DNA of 64,000 nt from Octopus vulgaris (taxonomy: Eukaryota), in assembly GCA_951406725.2 (NCBI GenBank), contig OX597815.1:132556001-132620000 (forward strand), written 5' to 3'. Both the position numbers and the translations under genes were made by a program. A model generated the notes under the pieces. The model worked only from the letters and a program-made list of their open reading frames with translations. It was not told the DNA's origin and ran no database searches. This document shows positions 13,661 to 28,880 of the stretch, one piece after another (position 1 is the stretch's first letter; each line of letters begins with the position of its first letter).

Positions 13661-16600
13661 TAATAATAATAATAACAATAATAATAATAATAATAATAAT
13701 AAGCATGAGAACAGTAAAGGTCGTACATCTAATAATTGGCGCGTCGGGAACAGTAAGTAAAGATATAGACAAATGGCTGAAGGGGATTGGAATAGAATGC
13801 CCGGTAGAGCACCTTCAGAAAGTTTATCTCTAAGTGACAGCAAGGATTACCAAAAGGGCTTCAAGCACTTTAAAGACAGCTGAAAACTTGTGGATACATA
13901 AGGTAATAACCCGCTACCCACATAAATCCTAACAAGAATAACATCGAACCTCAGACAAAAACCAATATAACAGTATTAAAATTGATAAAATTAATAATAA
14001 TGTTTCAAACGTCGGTATAAGGTCAGCAGTTTTAGGAGTGAAGGTAACTCGACTGCATCAGACTAATACCCAACTGATATTATTTTCAATGGATGTGCCG
14101 CACTATTGTTACGTTCTGTGTTTCAGTCAGCTTTCATTTGTGAACACAACTTTTCAAACGTGTAAATTTTTTCTTGGACAACTTGTAATTACTCGATCTA
14201 CCGGATCACACAATGGAAAATATTTTTAACGTTAACAGATTTACGTCTATCGAATCTAGTTGAATTGCATTTTACTTTCATCATGTATTTCTGGAAATGA
14301 TAACAGAATTAACGTCATTTAAAGGACCACTGAAATATATGGATTGAAAGAAGGTATACTCAAACCAGAAACCTGGGACGAAATTGTTTAAATCATCTAA
14401 GGGCTTGGCAAAGCGCGCTGTTAAACTAGTGACGGATTAAGTCCATCACTCAAGAACGTAAAGGGCTGACGCATATACCACGTGATATCTTGTCTAAAAC
14501 TTTAGCAAGCCTACTAATTCACCGAGTCAAATTAATACCTTATTTTATGAAAATCGTTAACCCATGTATTGGCGAATTTCAAAAAACATAAGTCACCAAT
14601 AGTTACCTTTGTATTACTAAGGAGACCGTTATAACGAAATACGAATCAGGTGATTGTATGCATGACATCTATTGGCATATTATCCTCTGTAATGATACTT
14701 TAAAAATATATAAATATATCATGAAATTAGTGTTCTGAATCTAATGAGAAATATACTTAGTCGATAAATGTATACATGTATAAGAAATAATTTCTTCCAT
14801 TCTCTCTCGCTCTCTTTCCCTATATTTCATGAGCCAGTAATTTCATTGTATTTGCACATTAAGTTAGTAGTAAGAAAGAAACTGTGAATGGTGGAAAACC
14901 GTTATGCTCTACTTTTCGATCCAACGCACAGTTCAACACTGAGACATTCGTACCTTTGAAAAAGATAAAGTAAAAATCGACGGGATGCATACATCAAAGA
15001 GAAGTAATCAATACCAATGTGCAACCGTAACGATAGATAGATCGATCCGTTCATTCATTAATGTATAGCGGGGGAAGTCCTATATTGCATTATGTATTAC
15101 ATAGGCGTATGAAATGCTAAACAATGGAAATATCACTACACCACTACCACAAAAGGCTTATTTTTATACACCCACGCCATATTGCTTCTGTTATGTTTTA
15201 AATCTCCCGAGCTGCTAGTTTCTCATTTATCGTCTGCTTCGGTGTGTCTTATTGATTAGATAACGATCAGTTTGTGAATAAAGAAAACTAAGTGTTTCCT
15301 GACATACCTCATCTAATTGTGTGCATATTCACTTGTTTTTACTTTACATCTAGCTTTTAGTTTTCCTTTCAGTTCTTTTAATGTAGAAATATATGTCATT
15401 ACGTCACAAACTAATGTATTAGTGAACATCAGGTAATTTAATTAATATTGAAGTTTTTCCTAGGTTCATGTCCATAACCACAGAAAGGAGAGGGATTGAG
15501 TAGTGGGTTGTTCATAGGTTCCTGACATATATCAATAGCTTATGTTACACCAACTAAATTAACTTCAACCTCACATCGGAAGTAGCCCACGTTCTCATTT
15601 CGCGGGTGTATATGACTTGCTCGGGAACTTTTTCATCCTTTATAACAATGACGATAACATCAGGTATTTCGCTAAACAAAGGGAAATCGGCATGTCTTCA
15701 GTAATTTATTCGCTTCCGCTTAAATACACACAGAAGACCTATATTTTAATGATGGAGAAATGAGAGGTTTAATCTCAAATCTCTATCAAGGAAATTAGGA
15801 GTGTAAATGTAATGAAATATTCTCAACAGATACAGCAATTCTCAACAGATAACACTAGTTTGATGGTCTCTGCGTACGCTTAACTTACTACTTGTTATGT
15901 CATATATGATTAATTCTATTTTTTCACTTGACGAGAATTCTTTACATTGAAGCATTAATGAGAAACATTTTTCTATATAGAAGGATTCACTCCCAGTTTT
16001 CAATACGTATGATATCATCATCTTATATGAGAAGCAATTATAACATCAAAATGGTACCAGTGGGAATTTAATCTGCAAGAATATTTTTCACTCGTTCGAT
16101 AAACAAAAAATACAAAAACAAAAAAGTCTGTTGGGATTTTTTTTTTAAACTTTAATGCCATTGTTATGAAGTGAAGTATGTTATCAGCAAGATGTACGTC
16201 TTTATTTCTTTCATGAAACGAGAGTGTGAATCTAAAGAAAATCAAGAGAAATTATTCTTATCGGTATTTAACTTCACGCAATCACTTTCTTATAATTATC
16301 GCCAATGTAGATGTTCAGTTCCTGAAGAAATAATGAACCTGATTATTGGTCGATATTTTACTACACTTATGAGAGAGAAAACTGATAGAACTGAGATAGG
16401 TTATCGATAATGTAATGTATTGAACCATAACGATCCAATATTACCGATTTGGACGTGTGGGGTTTGCGGAGGTTGAATTAAGTTTCTGCGATAAGATATC
16501 CAGATTATATGCAAAATCAAAAAAACTTCAATTCCCCCTTCTCATAAAAATACACCAATATTATTGTATATTTAGCTGTTATATGTAATGTTTTGTTTGT

Positions 16601-17713
16601 AATTATAATACTTATTATGCAATATATTTGACCATACTAATCTTCATTATAAATCAACTATATCATGTTATAAAATATTTAACTAGATGCATAAATTATC
16701 AACTATATTTACATATATTAGTTAATTGAAGACAGCGCTAATTAGTTGTTAATTACAGACTCCGGAACGATGAAATGCTAGTAGAAACCAGTGGGATTTT
16801 GTTATTATAATTGAAAATATATTGCATGTTTATATCAACATTTCATTTTCTTGTATAGTCTAGTGTATTACTAAAATATCACTATTGTATAGTTTATCAT
16901 ATTGTCTATTTATCAATAAACTTTTAAATACTAGTCTTTTATTTTTCAAGTTTTACAGATATTTTCCAGTGAATATAATTTACGAAACGCAAAGAAATAT
17001 GTGAGATATGTTTAAAGAAAATATTATTCTTATCAATTTTGACTTCTTATGTGTTAACTTTTAAAACTTAAGGTGCCTATAATCCTTCAAATCATTTCTC
17101 TGGCGTGTTGGAAAATTTATGAGAGGATCTTGTATTTGGATTTGTAGATAATTTTATCGGTAATTAAATTAGATTCTATAACACTTATGTAGCAGTATAA
17201 GCTGGCGACCAACGCGATTAATCAGAATTTCCACCCCGAATTGAAAGGTCGATAATATTAGTAGTAATATTAGTAGTACTTGTCTGTTGTATATCATTAC
17301 TATGTATTAAAGTCATCCGTATGGCAAATAAAAAGCAATTAATGGTTATTGACGGTTTTAACAAATTAGCAAGATTTATATTGCGCCGGTTGTTTCTTTT
17401 GGTACAACGAAGCTCAGTTTTATTCCTATTTTCATCTCAATAGGGCTCTGTTTAGTTAAGAGTTGTGGCTCAATGCATTACGGTATCAGTAACCTAGCAG
17501 GGTTTTGTTTTTCCTCTGATCATTGAACAATTATGAGCGACACTTGAATAACAAATTATATTCATCTCCTAACTTTTGGGTGGGTCATCATATTTTGAAA
17601 TATCAGCGATGAATAAGCAACAACAACGAGGCAGTAAAAGTATATCGTTAAAGTATATCATCTTTATTTTCTAATATATATGGGTGTATGTCTAAGGCTG
17701 TAACCTGAGGAAA

Positions 17714-17918
17714 TCGTTAGCACGCCGGACAAAATGGTTAGGGGCATCTCATCCGCCTTCATGTTCTGAAGTCAATTGAATTCAAATGTCGCTGGGTTCG
17801 GCTTTGAATTTCATCATTTCGGGGTCGGTAAAATAAATACCAGTTGAGCACAGAAGTTAATGTAATCGATTTAGACCCTTCTTCGAACTTGCTGACCTAG
17901 TGCCAAAATTTGAAACCA
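17714..17918 (+). mobile_element. SINE family B copy
   Basis: cgttagcacgccggacaaaatg..tttcatcatttcggggtcggtaaaataaataccagttgagcac..gtgccaaaatttgaaa, the reverse complement of the 12453 and 41510 copies. Confidence 0.75.
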
Positions 17919-17989
17919 ATATGTATGTGTGTGAGTGAGTGTGTGTGTGTTGTGAATGTGTGTGTGTGTGTGTGTGTGTGTGCATTTAG

Positions 17990-18470
17990 ACTAACGTGGA
18001 GGATGAGGCTACAGCAGGGCTTTTAAAAAGCTGGTAAGTTTGACATAGTTTACGTTCTCAAACATTTGCTAATCCACGTCCACACAAAAGCCATGCACGA
18101 GGGGTGGTGGAGTGGAGATCCAGGGTGTCGATGTTCTGTGGGAGCAAAAATGAGGTAGAGTGATTAGAACAATGAATGAGAGGTGATGGAAATACCGTGG
18201 GTGACGAGAGTGGGAGATAAATGCGAATCGGGACTGAATCAAGGTGGTTGAAACCAACAAGCACTAAAGACTAGAAACCACTGTAGTAGCGATAAAGTCG
18301 GTAGAGAGGGGAGGTAGTTAGTATGTTGACCTCTGGTTAGAGTGTATGTTGAGTAGAGTTTTGCGAATGAATCTAATGGCCTTGTTTTAGATGCAGTGTA
18401 TGATGCTTTTGCTTGTATCCATGTATGAGACAAGCAAGTTATCGTAGACTACATCTGAGTTGTGTGCATA
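17990..18470 (-). mobile_element. Probable CR1/L2-like LINE 3' fragment, decayed
   Basis: Minus-strand translation contains RTSTPWIS, resembling the 'R..LWN.LP' C-terminal motif of this LINE group. Frameshifted. Confidence 0.35.
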
Positions 18471-19987
18471 AAGATTTAATGGTTACTGGGAGAAGCAGAA
18501 ATATATTTCTACATTAGTATGTATATATAAGATTTGTTTCATAATACGTAGAAGTAAGATTTGAGATTAAAATTGTATATTGTCATTAAATATATGCGTG
18601 GTCGGTCTAAATAGTTCTACGCAAAAACATTTATCATTTATTTGAGCAAAATTTTCATTGCGATGAAAATGGTGGTGGTGGGGGGCTTCTAATGACTGAT
18701 ACAAGTGGATTATTTCTGTTTCATAATTCATCTGTTATGTTAGCCAATTAAGCGCAAGACTAATCTGTTCATAGCTTAATATACATTTATGAGAAATGAT
18801 CTATGATTCATCATCATTATGAAGGTTCAAATTTACAAAGAATATGAAAGAAACTAGTTTCTGTCGCTTCATCTTTATACACAAGTGATTTGAACAATTA
18901 CATTGTCGTAAGATCATATTAGGCTAATATGATTTTATGACCTGTATATAATAGTATGTATACATACAACATCTTATAGTCACTAGAATTGTGTGAGGTC
19001 GATTCCAGTTACCCGGATACGGGTGTACAACAAACTAGTTTAATATCTTCTACTGCATTTTCACCGTTCTCAAAAGATTATTAAAAATTAATTTGGCGAT
19101 ACACAACCAACGTACAAACTGCTTTGGGATTAAAACGTCAAAAATTGCGAATGTGCTCCAGATTTCACACTGATATTGACTGCTGAGCCACTGCTGGAAG
19201 TCTAAGCTTATATTGAATTCTAACTTCTTCAGAAAGTATTTAAGTTAATTTGAAATGGATAAGCCACTAGTTTTGACGTGATACTATTAATATTCGCATC
19301 AATATTCAGAATCTTTCCGTCAGGCAAGAATACTAACTCTTTTCAAACAAGTTTATGTTTACATATCAAACGTCCAATACACATTCGCATAAACACACAT
19401 AAAGAGACAAATATCAGAAGAATGCTTTTTATAAGTGCTCTTTCATTCAGCTATTCGCTTCACCTAGAGGCTGTGGCCATGATGTCGCACCACCATAAAA
19501 AAATAAATATCATAAAAAACAACACCACTGCAGGCTAAAATTCTAAAGCAGAACCAATTTAATTATGCTGTGTGTGTGTGTGTACGTCTGTGTGCGTGTG
19601 TGTGCGAGCGCAAGTGTGTGTATGTGTGTGTGTGTGTCTCACACAACTGACTATTACCACACTGCCAATATGTTAGGTCGTCAATGCACTAGCAACGAAA
19701 CCACATTATAGCTTAGTTTCTAATTTGTTCTTCCATACGATAAGTACAGTTACTAAAGAGAGAAATGTGGAAAGACAGAATTGCCTGATAGTGAACTTAC
19801 TGATTAAAGCCAAGAAATAAACACAACACATTATGGATTCAGTAATTTATGAATATCTTATCAGTGTTAAGATGAAAGAGCTGTGGCGTCAGTTCAGAGG
19901 AATTTACAATGACTGCAAGAATTTAAGAAGCGATATTATATAAGTATAAGGGATTGTGTGTGTGTGTGTATTCTTTTATTCTTGTAC

Positions 19988-20353
19988 TTGTTTCAATCAC
20001 CTGACTGCGGCTCTTCTGGAGTACTGCGTTTAGTAGACCAAATTGAACCCAAGACTTATTCTTTGTAAGCCTAGTACTTATTCCATCGGTATCTTTTGCC
20101 GAACCGTTAAGTTACGGGGATGTAAACACACCAGCATCGGTTGTCAAGCGATGGTGGAGGACAAACACAGACACACAACTATATATATATATATATACAT
20201 ATACAACGGGCTTCTTTCAGTTTCCTCTACTAAATCCACTCACAAGGCTTTGGTCGGCCCGAGGCTATAGGACAAGACACTTGCCCAAGGTATCACGCAG
20301 TAGAAATGAACCCTGAACCATGTGGTTGGGAAACACGCTTTTTACCACACAAG
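19988..20353 (-). mobile_element. SINE family A copy
   Basis: Colinear with 1305-1713. Track ORFs 1360..1620 and 20043..20270 are near-identical artefacts of it. Confidence 0.85.
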
Positions 20354-20367
20354 TTATATATATATAT

Positions 20368-20475
<108 letters not shown>

Positions 20476-21224
20476 GCATTTATATATGTATACGCACACA
20501 ACAAATATATATATATCCAGTATGAGCAATTTTGTCAATATTTGATTAATATAGCTACATACGTATATGGTTAAACCTATTCATAATGTCGATAGATTAA
20601 CTGAACCGATATTTGTCCTGAGATAATATTTTTTATTGAACTCCTGCGTTAAATGCTGAATATCAGAGAGGCACAAAACTCCTTCCAGTATCGGCCAGCG
20701 AAAACGCCAGTTGCATTTCAATCTTTTGAGGGTCTTTTAAATGGCGCGCACTTTAAGTGAGTCCCTTGCTTGGACAAGAATTCATCATCTCTGATGTAGG
20801 AAAAGTGATAAAATCTGAATTCATATATTTGACTTTGTAGCATTAAGACAGAATAATTGTCATACTATTAACAAATACTTAGTTTAAATAAACGGTAACA
20901 TTTCTAAAGAATATTTTGTGAGATCTGATTGCGTTGTCACATAGCGACAGAAATATATAGTAACCACACGACTGTAACAATCTCCTTTACGCATTCAAGA
21001 AGTCTTTGTATTGGCTACGACTTCAAAGCAAACACACATGTGTATTATTATTATTATAAATGTTGTATTTTTATTTTAATTTAATTAATCTTAATTAGAA
21101 ACAACTCTTCTTGTCTAACAACTTTTTACTGAATACATTGCAAAGCGATATCTCTAAGCATTATATGTGGATGTGTTTAAGAAAATAATATTTACAGAGA
21201 CAATTTGTCGGTGCTGTTTTGTGC

Positions 21225-21520
21225 ATGGGAAAGCGTGTAGCTTAGTAGTTAGGGCATTTGGCACAAGATCGCTCGGTCATGAGTTCAGTTCCCGGCGACG
21301 CGTTGTGTTCTTAAACAAAGCACTTTACTTCACATTGCTCCAGTCAATTCATCTGGCAAAAATGTACTGTACCTGTATTTCACAAGGCCAGCTTTTTCAC
21401 ACTCCGTGTCACGCTGAATCTCTCTAAGAAGTACATTAAGGGTACAGCCATATACAGGTTACTTTCATGAGCAGGTTGTTCCGTTGATCTGTTCAACTGG
21501 AATCTTCGTTGTAGTGCCAC
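21225..21520 (+). mobile_element. tRNA-derived SINE, degenerate
   Basis: Head gtagcttagtagttagggcatttggc..gagttcagttccc with A/B boxes. The 3' end ttccgttgatctgttcaactggaatc..gtgccac matches the reverse of 6628-6680. Confidence 0.65.
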
Positions 21521-24032
21521 TATAGTGTATAACAAAAACCGTTGCAGTGATTGTCTTTTCTCTGCACTATGGTTTTCAATCCCACAGACCCCAACTTTGC
21601 TTTCATTCTTTCTGACTTCATAAAATAAAATATCTATCTTCTACACTTGATTGGAGGATTTGCCGGAACAAAAAACAAAATGCTGTGCTATTGATTGATA
21701 AGCTTCATATGACGTCCGATGTAACACCACTATTCGATGTCCTTTACGCCTTTAGAGTAGATCACTCTCTTCCAAGCATTTGAGCTAGTTTATACTGTTA
21801 CAATCCCCGGTTTGGGGGATAACGCCCTCCTTTTTTTCTTTTTTTTTTTCGACAGGTTTGGAAGATATGAAAGCATGAAAAATCAAGTGCGCTTTCTTTC
21901 TTACCTAGACTAAATTGTAAAAAATAGATATCTTCACACCTGTGGTTAAAATTGCACCCTACGCAATTTATAGAATTTACTAGGTGTGTGTGTAAGTATG
22001 CGTGTGTATGTATGTGCGTCTTGTTTGCATTTCCAATATCGATTTACCGATTTAAGCTCGATAATATAAGTTAACAAATTACGTATCACTTTAAACACTC
22101 TGGTTAATGAATACAATCAGAAAACTACATAGTCGTTCTCTGATCCAACTATGTAAAGGCAAGTGCAGTAGTTGCTAAGATGTTTTTTCTACTCTAGGCA
22201 CAACGCCTGAAATTTTGGGGGAGGGGGCCAGTCGATTAGATTGATCCCAGTACGCAATTAGTACTTAATTTATCGACTCCGAAAGAATAGAAGGCAAATT
22301 CGATCACAGTGGAATGCTACGATGTTGGTCTTACGGTTATTAGAACGGAGTGGCATTTCAGGTTGCTGCACTCCACCTGTAGTATCTGGAGATACACTCG
22401 TAACGATGGGGCGCCTGTTCTCAAAGCCAAAAGTCATTAACATTTCAGATAAGCTCAAGCTTATCCTGTTCGATTCAAATAAACCTCCCATGATTATCAT
22501 TATAGGCATTAAAAGTAAGCATATAAATAATCCATTGTGTGACTAAATAATACAAAGAATTTAATTGAGAAAATTCATAAACTGTAACTTCTCGAATTTT
22601 TTGTGTTCAATTGATTTTCACTAATATTTTCGTTGCCAATAAACCATATTTTAGTTTCACATATCAAATAGAAAAACACATGATGTATATATTAGAGTCA
22701 GAAAATTCAAGCTTGCTACTTTTCATTTATTCTAATTTATCTAGTTATTTACATTTTTATTGATGTGGCTTGCTAAATGAGTATGTTGATCGAGGTAAGA
22801 AAAACAGGTGTAACGTATTAACAACCCTCTCTTATAAATGCATTAGATAAAAATCAATCTTACACGGATATAAACAACTGTTTTTTTTTTTGCTTATCAT
22901 TTGTCTTTGTTTCATTTGAAATGCCAGCTTTTATTAGCATATATATGCTCTTCATCATCATTCTGCAAGGAGACATTCAGCGTAACTACAGTTCTTTCAT
23001 GTGGCTTTTTAACAATATACTATGCTCTGTCAGTTCTATTCTACATATCAGAGATATATCATTTTACTATTAACACTTTCCCCTAAAATATCAATTCAAT
23101 TGATTACTCATATCTCATACAAACATCAAATAAAGACCTAGCATCTTTAAAAGGGTGTCTCTCTTATTAACAATAAGATCCCTTCTATTTACTTTTAGCT
23201 TTGATAATAACCGGTGAAACCTGTTTTCCTTTGAATATGAAGCCCACAATTGCTGAGTAAACGTATAATCTAACACTGGTCATATCATTGCTTCAGGAAT
23301 TCTATAAAAATATCGATTGTGATTTGCTAGTATTTATAGTTTCACGTGACTTTCAGTCGATTGTACGTGATTAACATCCCGCTTGTCAGCTTCCAAGTAG
23401 TAAAACAACTAGTGCTAATATTCTGGATGGTCTTCCGACATGGCATACGATAAAATATTATGGCGGAAAGCTCCTCGCTCGCTAGTTAATAGATTATTCT
23501 TTTGTCTTACATATATAACTTGTAACTGTTTGCGAGTTTGTATAATTGAATATTTGATTGTAAGTTATATAAGGAATATTTGCCAATTGCCGTGCATATA
23601 TGTAATAATACGTTTATGTCATTATAGCAATGGCCTATATTGATATTTGTTTAGCTTATGATTTTAACAGTGCTTTAATATAAATGACATCTATAAGATG
23701 CCGTTAAAAATATTTGAGAATTACTAAAATTGACAAACTAAAGTTCACAAATATCGCTTAGCTGTAGATTAACATTATATTTGTGGTTATATATTAATAC
23801 ACACACACACACACACACACACATACATACATATATATATATATATCTGTACGTATACACATATGTATATATACATAAGATAGATTCCTTTCTTGTCAAC
23901 GTCAAATGAGTATTCTGTAAAATAAAGAGTTAATCACGTTCTATGAACATGAATATGTCCCTCGAGGCTTGCTAATGATTTGCAAACCTCAATTTGCTTG
24001 AGTGCTTGTTGAACATTTGCTACATCCATGCA

Positions 24033-24087
<55 letters not shown>

Positions 24088-24266
24088 GAGAATTTATTGG
24101 TATAAACATAAAATATATATTATATAAGAGTGTGTGTGAGCGTGTATAAATATATATATACATATGTCCTATATTTTAAACCTATATCTAGGTATGTATT
24201 GTAACATCCAATAAACAATTTTTGGTAATAAATCTACATCAACCCATCCTATCATCTCTATCTTAA

Positions 24267-24309
<43 letters not shown>

Positions 24310-24832
24310 CGATCCTCTTTTAAAATCGAACTACTATTATGTATAAACTTTATTCTGCAAAACGCACACTAGCACACAACCATTTTATATAGAAAAATTC
24401 GTGATTAGTCTTATTTAAAACTTGAACTAGATTAAACTCTTACAACAGTATGAAATACTTTTCCCACGAACACCTGCACAAGTATATTTTATATTCAAAT
24501 TCCCTGGACTAAACTCGTGTGTGAATGAACCCTACAGTAACAAACTTATTGCATCAAACCAGAAAATTACTCTCCACCAGAATCTTCAACTCTAACCTAA
24601 ACTTCTAAAAAAATACTGTTGTCCATGTATTTCAATCATCGCTTCATAAAAGCACGCCACTATTTACTTACAGCCGTCTCACTCGTAACATACCTTTTTC
24701 TATACATATTGGTTTACATCTAACTACAAAAGAAAACCTTGCATGATGCGATACAGACATATACATATATATATATATTAATATATATATTACACACACA
24801 CACACACATATATATCTGCATATATATATATC

Positions 24833-24877
<45 letters not shown>

Positions 24878-25849
24878 GCTGGCAAATTAAACTAAAACAA
24901 AGTCTTGTGGTGGGTAGTAAAATGACTCTTCGTTGTCACTGTCAACCTTTTAACCTTGCGAAATATTAATTAAAATGTTACTTTCTAAAACATAATTGGT
25001 TGGTCCAGTATTTTAATATTCACATTTTTCTTATAAATACATAAAACTATCACTATACATATATACATATATATTTCTACATAATTCGGATAAAGTCATT
25101 ATTTAATGATTTAACATTGGTCAGCGTACTATCAAGGCCATAATGGCTAATTTATATTTAAGTATAATTATAAAATATATCTATAACAAGGTCGCTGAAA
25201 ACGACAGCGCCTGTACGCTAGATATAGACCCCAAATGGTCTAGAAATCACTTAATTTATTACTCCATTACCACAAGGATGTAAGCAAGGAAAATAGACAG
25301 AAATGATCTATAAAATATTGTGGACAACACTATCTCAAGATTTCATGGTTTGCGATATTAAAAACGCTTTCTTTATTTTACTAGGTCCATCCTATAATGG
25401 AACAAAGTATTCAATAGACTTATCCATTTATTTATTTCAGAACTGTTTTAACTTGGTACTAATTTAAACTCTCTCTAAACTGGAAATATGAAGATACTGA
25501 ACAAAAATTAGGAATCTTCTTAGGGCTGTTGTGCACGTAATCACAAAAATGAGACTAGGCACACAGGAACACACATTTACACATAAAATTATATATGTGT
25601 TTTTGTATGTAGGTGTGTGTGTGTGTTCTGTCTATGTATGTATGCATGTATACGTGTATGTATGTATGGGTATATGTACATATAGTTAAAGAGAAGTGAC
25701 AGAGTAAACGAAATAAACATAGAATGTGTGTTGAATTTGTGCATTTCCTGCGTATTTCGATATAACGACACTCGTAAAGTTACTGTTGCTGAGCTTCAAT
25801 TGAATTAGTATAATTTAATAACAATAATATATCTCATTTTTTGTTTCAG

Positions 25850-25901
25850 CTGAATTCAGTGAAGATGATGATATCAGTGAAGAAACAGCAGTTGATAAGA
25901 G
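25850..25901 (+). CDS. Coding exon 2 of the precursor: acidic spacer (A)EFSEDDDISEETAVDK(R)
   Basis: Acceptor ctcattttttgtttcag (AG 25848-25849). Phase-1 entry completes GCT (Ala). Acidic propeptide ends at K plus a split Arg codon. Donor AG|GTCAGA at 25902. Confidence 0.8.
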
Positions 25902-26550
25902 GTCAGAACTTTTTATTGTAATATTGTAAATCGTGTAGAGTTTAATCACGTTGCATGACGCCCATAAGATGAAAGCTACAAATATGTTTCTCCCTCCTAA
26001 ATCTAAGGGAACATCAATTTATATAACCCTCCATTGATCATAACTTAAAGCAAATGTTATACCTACGTATGTATGGAAGTTTGCATATATATATACATAT
26101 ACATATACATATATATATTCATGTATGTGTGTGTATATGTACGTATATATTATTTGCTTTAATATGCCTACCCCCCCCCAAAAAAAAAAAAACAACATAC
26201 AGTTATTTGTTTTGAACTGAATATGTTACATTACACTCCAATACAATCATTCCCAAGAATGCAACAAAATATTCATGTTCGTATCCTTATACATTCATAG
26301 TTTGAAGGTTGATGTGTGGTATGATCATAGTGTAAACGACAATAATTAATTAAGAACTGAAAATAGAACAGGTTAATTTAATTACTTTAGTGATTTCACA
26401 TCTGAATATGTGACACAAGAGTGAAATTACATATCGCCCACTGTTGTGGCCATCCTTATGTTATTAGTGAAACAGATGTAAGGTAATTAAATTAATTATG
26501 TAATTTTGTCTTTGTTGATTAATCATTACATACACACACACACACATATA

Positions 26551-27363
26551 TATGATGCGATGTGTAAATTGTCGTCATTTTATAATTTTAATTTTGTAAA
26601 TGCACTTTGTTTTTGATATTGTCGACTACACAATACAGTAAGGTCAGTTGGGCACCATGATGCAATTCACTCTGGCATAAGTCTTGAAGCGACATACTGT
26701 ACTGCTTGATATTCGCGTCGGAAGCCCCGACACCAACAGATGGTGAAGATACAGAACAACTGCTGGCTTGCTGTGTCCCCAAAACAAGTACCGAGAGTGA
26801 TAGAAATCAAACATCTAATGACGGCGACAATATTCCACTATTCATCTTCCCACACGGCCTCACTCTCAATACGGAAGCCTACATCAAGTGCATGGAAGAG
26901 GTAGTGCTGCTCTGAATAAAGAGGGTGGCAGCTGGAAGACCCTATGTCAGGCAACATGACTCTGCACCATGCCACACAAGTAGGATAACCTAGTCATGGC
27001 TGTCAGGCCATTTTCGTGTCCACATCACCCACAACATCAGGCTACCTAATTCCCAGTACTGCAATCCCCTTGATTATTGTGTGGGGCCAACAAAGCTCCT
27101 TGTAACACGAAAGATAAACTGAAGGCAAGGACTATGGCGGCGTTCACCAACTTAAACAAGGAGACTCCCCAGAAGAGTTGCAGGAGATTCTGAAGTCGTC
27201 GGGAGGCCGTGGCTGAAGCCATTGGCGATTTTATAATAAATTTACTCTTTAGTATTTCAAGATAGTTTTATGTAATTTTGGTAAATATATCTGTTAAAAT
27301 GAGATGTCACTTTTATTTTCATTTTTGCGTAATTTAGACGACAATTTATTCACCACATCTTGT
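26551..27363 (+). mobile_element. Internally deleted Tc1/mariner-superfamily DNA transposon, DD37D (maT) type; transposase pseudogene
   Basis: Imperfect TIRs gatgcgatgtgtaaattgtcgtc (26554-26576) and gacgacaatttattcaccacatc (27337-27359). Translation ..YVRQHDSAPCHTSRIT*SWL..LPNSQYCNPLDYCVW has exactly 37 codons between the second and third catalytic Asp, with in-frame stops. Confidence 0.85.
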
Positions 27364-27385
27364 TTCTCTGTGTGTGTATACATAC

Positions 27386-27470
<85 letters not shown>

Positions 27471-27599
27471 AAAATAAGAAAATGAAGATGATACAAAACG
27501 ACATATATAGTGAGAATTACAAAAAAAAAACATAAATCGCAGACGGGTATGCAAACAACAAACAGATGTATTAGTTTAACGCTCGGGAAATGAGAATGT

Positions 27600-27635
27600 C
27601 TTTTACGTTTCGAGCCTATGCTCTTCGACAGAAAG
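27600..27635 (-). ncRNA. Minimal type I hammerhead-ribozyme-like motif in a probable Penelope-like element remnant (about 27470-27710)
   Basis: Minus strand: cttt-CTGTCGA-a-gagc(atag)gctc-GAAAC-GTA-aaag. Stems I and II pair, and the core deviates from CUGANGA at one position. Confidence 0.55.
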
Positions 27636-28772
27636 GAACACAGAAATAAACGGAGAGGAAATAGAAAAAGGTATAAATGTATATTGGTTAGCGATCTATC
27701 ATGGCGAATAAACACATACACACACACACATGCGAGCATATAGATATATATAATAAATCATATGATAATGAGTTTATATATATGTGTGTGCATGTGTGTT
27801 CATATGTGAACGTATGTAGGTAAAGAATTTTATGTCTCTCTATAGGTGACAATATGTTAAGCAGTCAGATGATTCTACGTAGTGAACGTGTTTATAGCAG
27901 TGAATTACATCGACCCATACATATTGATAGAAATATTATATTAAGCAACAAAAATAAAATAAATAGTAACAGACAGCATATGAATCACATTCAAAAGGTC
28001 AAAAGTCTTTTATGAAAATTTACTGCATGCCATAAGACTAGTTTTAACTCAGCAGGTGAAATTATACGGGTGAGAAAGACGACCATAAACATGATTAGAA
28101 CGCCTATGATAAAAACAGCATAGGATTACTATTACTTATTAACCTTCAAATGTATACGAAGAAACTTCGTATATACATATAGATACGAGATGACGATTTG
28201 CAAGGTACTGGTTAGTTCAATAAATTATCTAATTTGGATTTGAGACAGTATTAGAATTATTCATCAGTCGTTTAAAACATCTAGAAGTTATACACCTTAC
28301 AGATTGGTTCAACCCAATTTCGAAGCTTAATCACATACGTACTTACAAATTTAGCTTGTTGATTTCATAAATTATTTAAAATTAAAAGTCTGTCAAAGAA
28401 ACTAATAAAATGGTAACTAAAACAAGAGAAACTACCATATCTGATTAAGAAACTTAACATTTAACGAAAGTAATGACTTATATGTATAAATGTAATTTAT
28501 CTCAAATCATATTATTGCTTTCATCAATTAATCGAACCCATCTGTCTGTTTATATTGTTTTTTACTTTGTTTAAATTTCAAGCTATTCGTTTATACACAT
28601 ATACACACACACATACACCCACCACACGTGCATATATATATATATGCATATGTATGTGTGTGTGAGAGTCAATGAACATATAGAAGCACAGAAACATTCT
28701 CTGTCATACATGCGCATATATATATATAATATATATACTTATTAATCTTTTTCCTTCTCTCATCCTCTCACC

Positions 28773-28814
<42 letters not shown>

Positions 28815-28829
28815 CTGTGTATGTATGTA

Positions 28830-28877
<48 letters not shown>

Positions 28878-28880
<3 letters not shown>

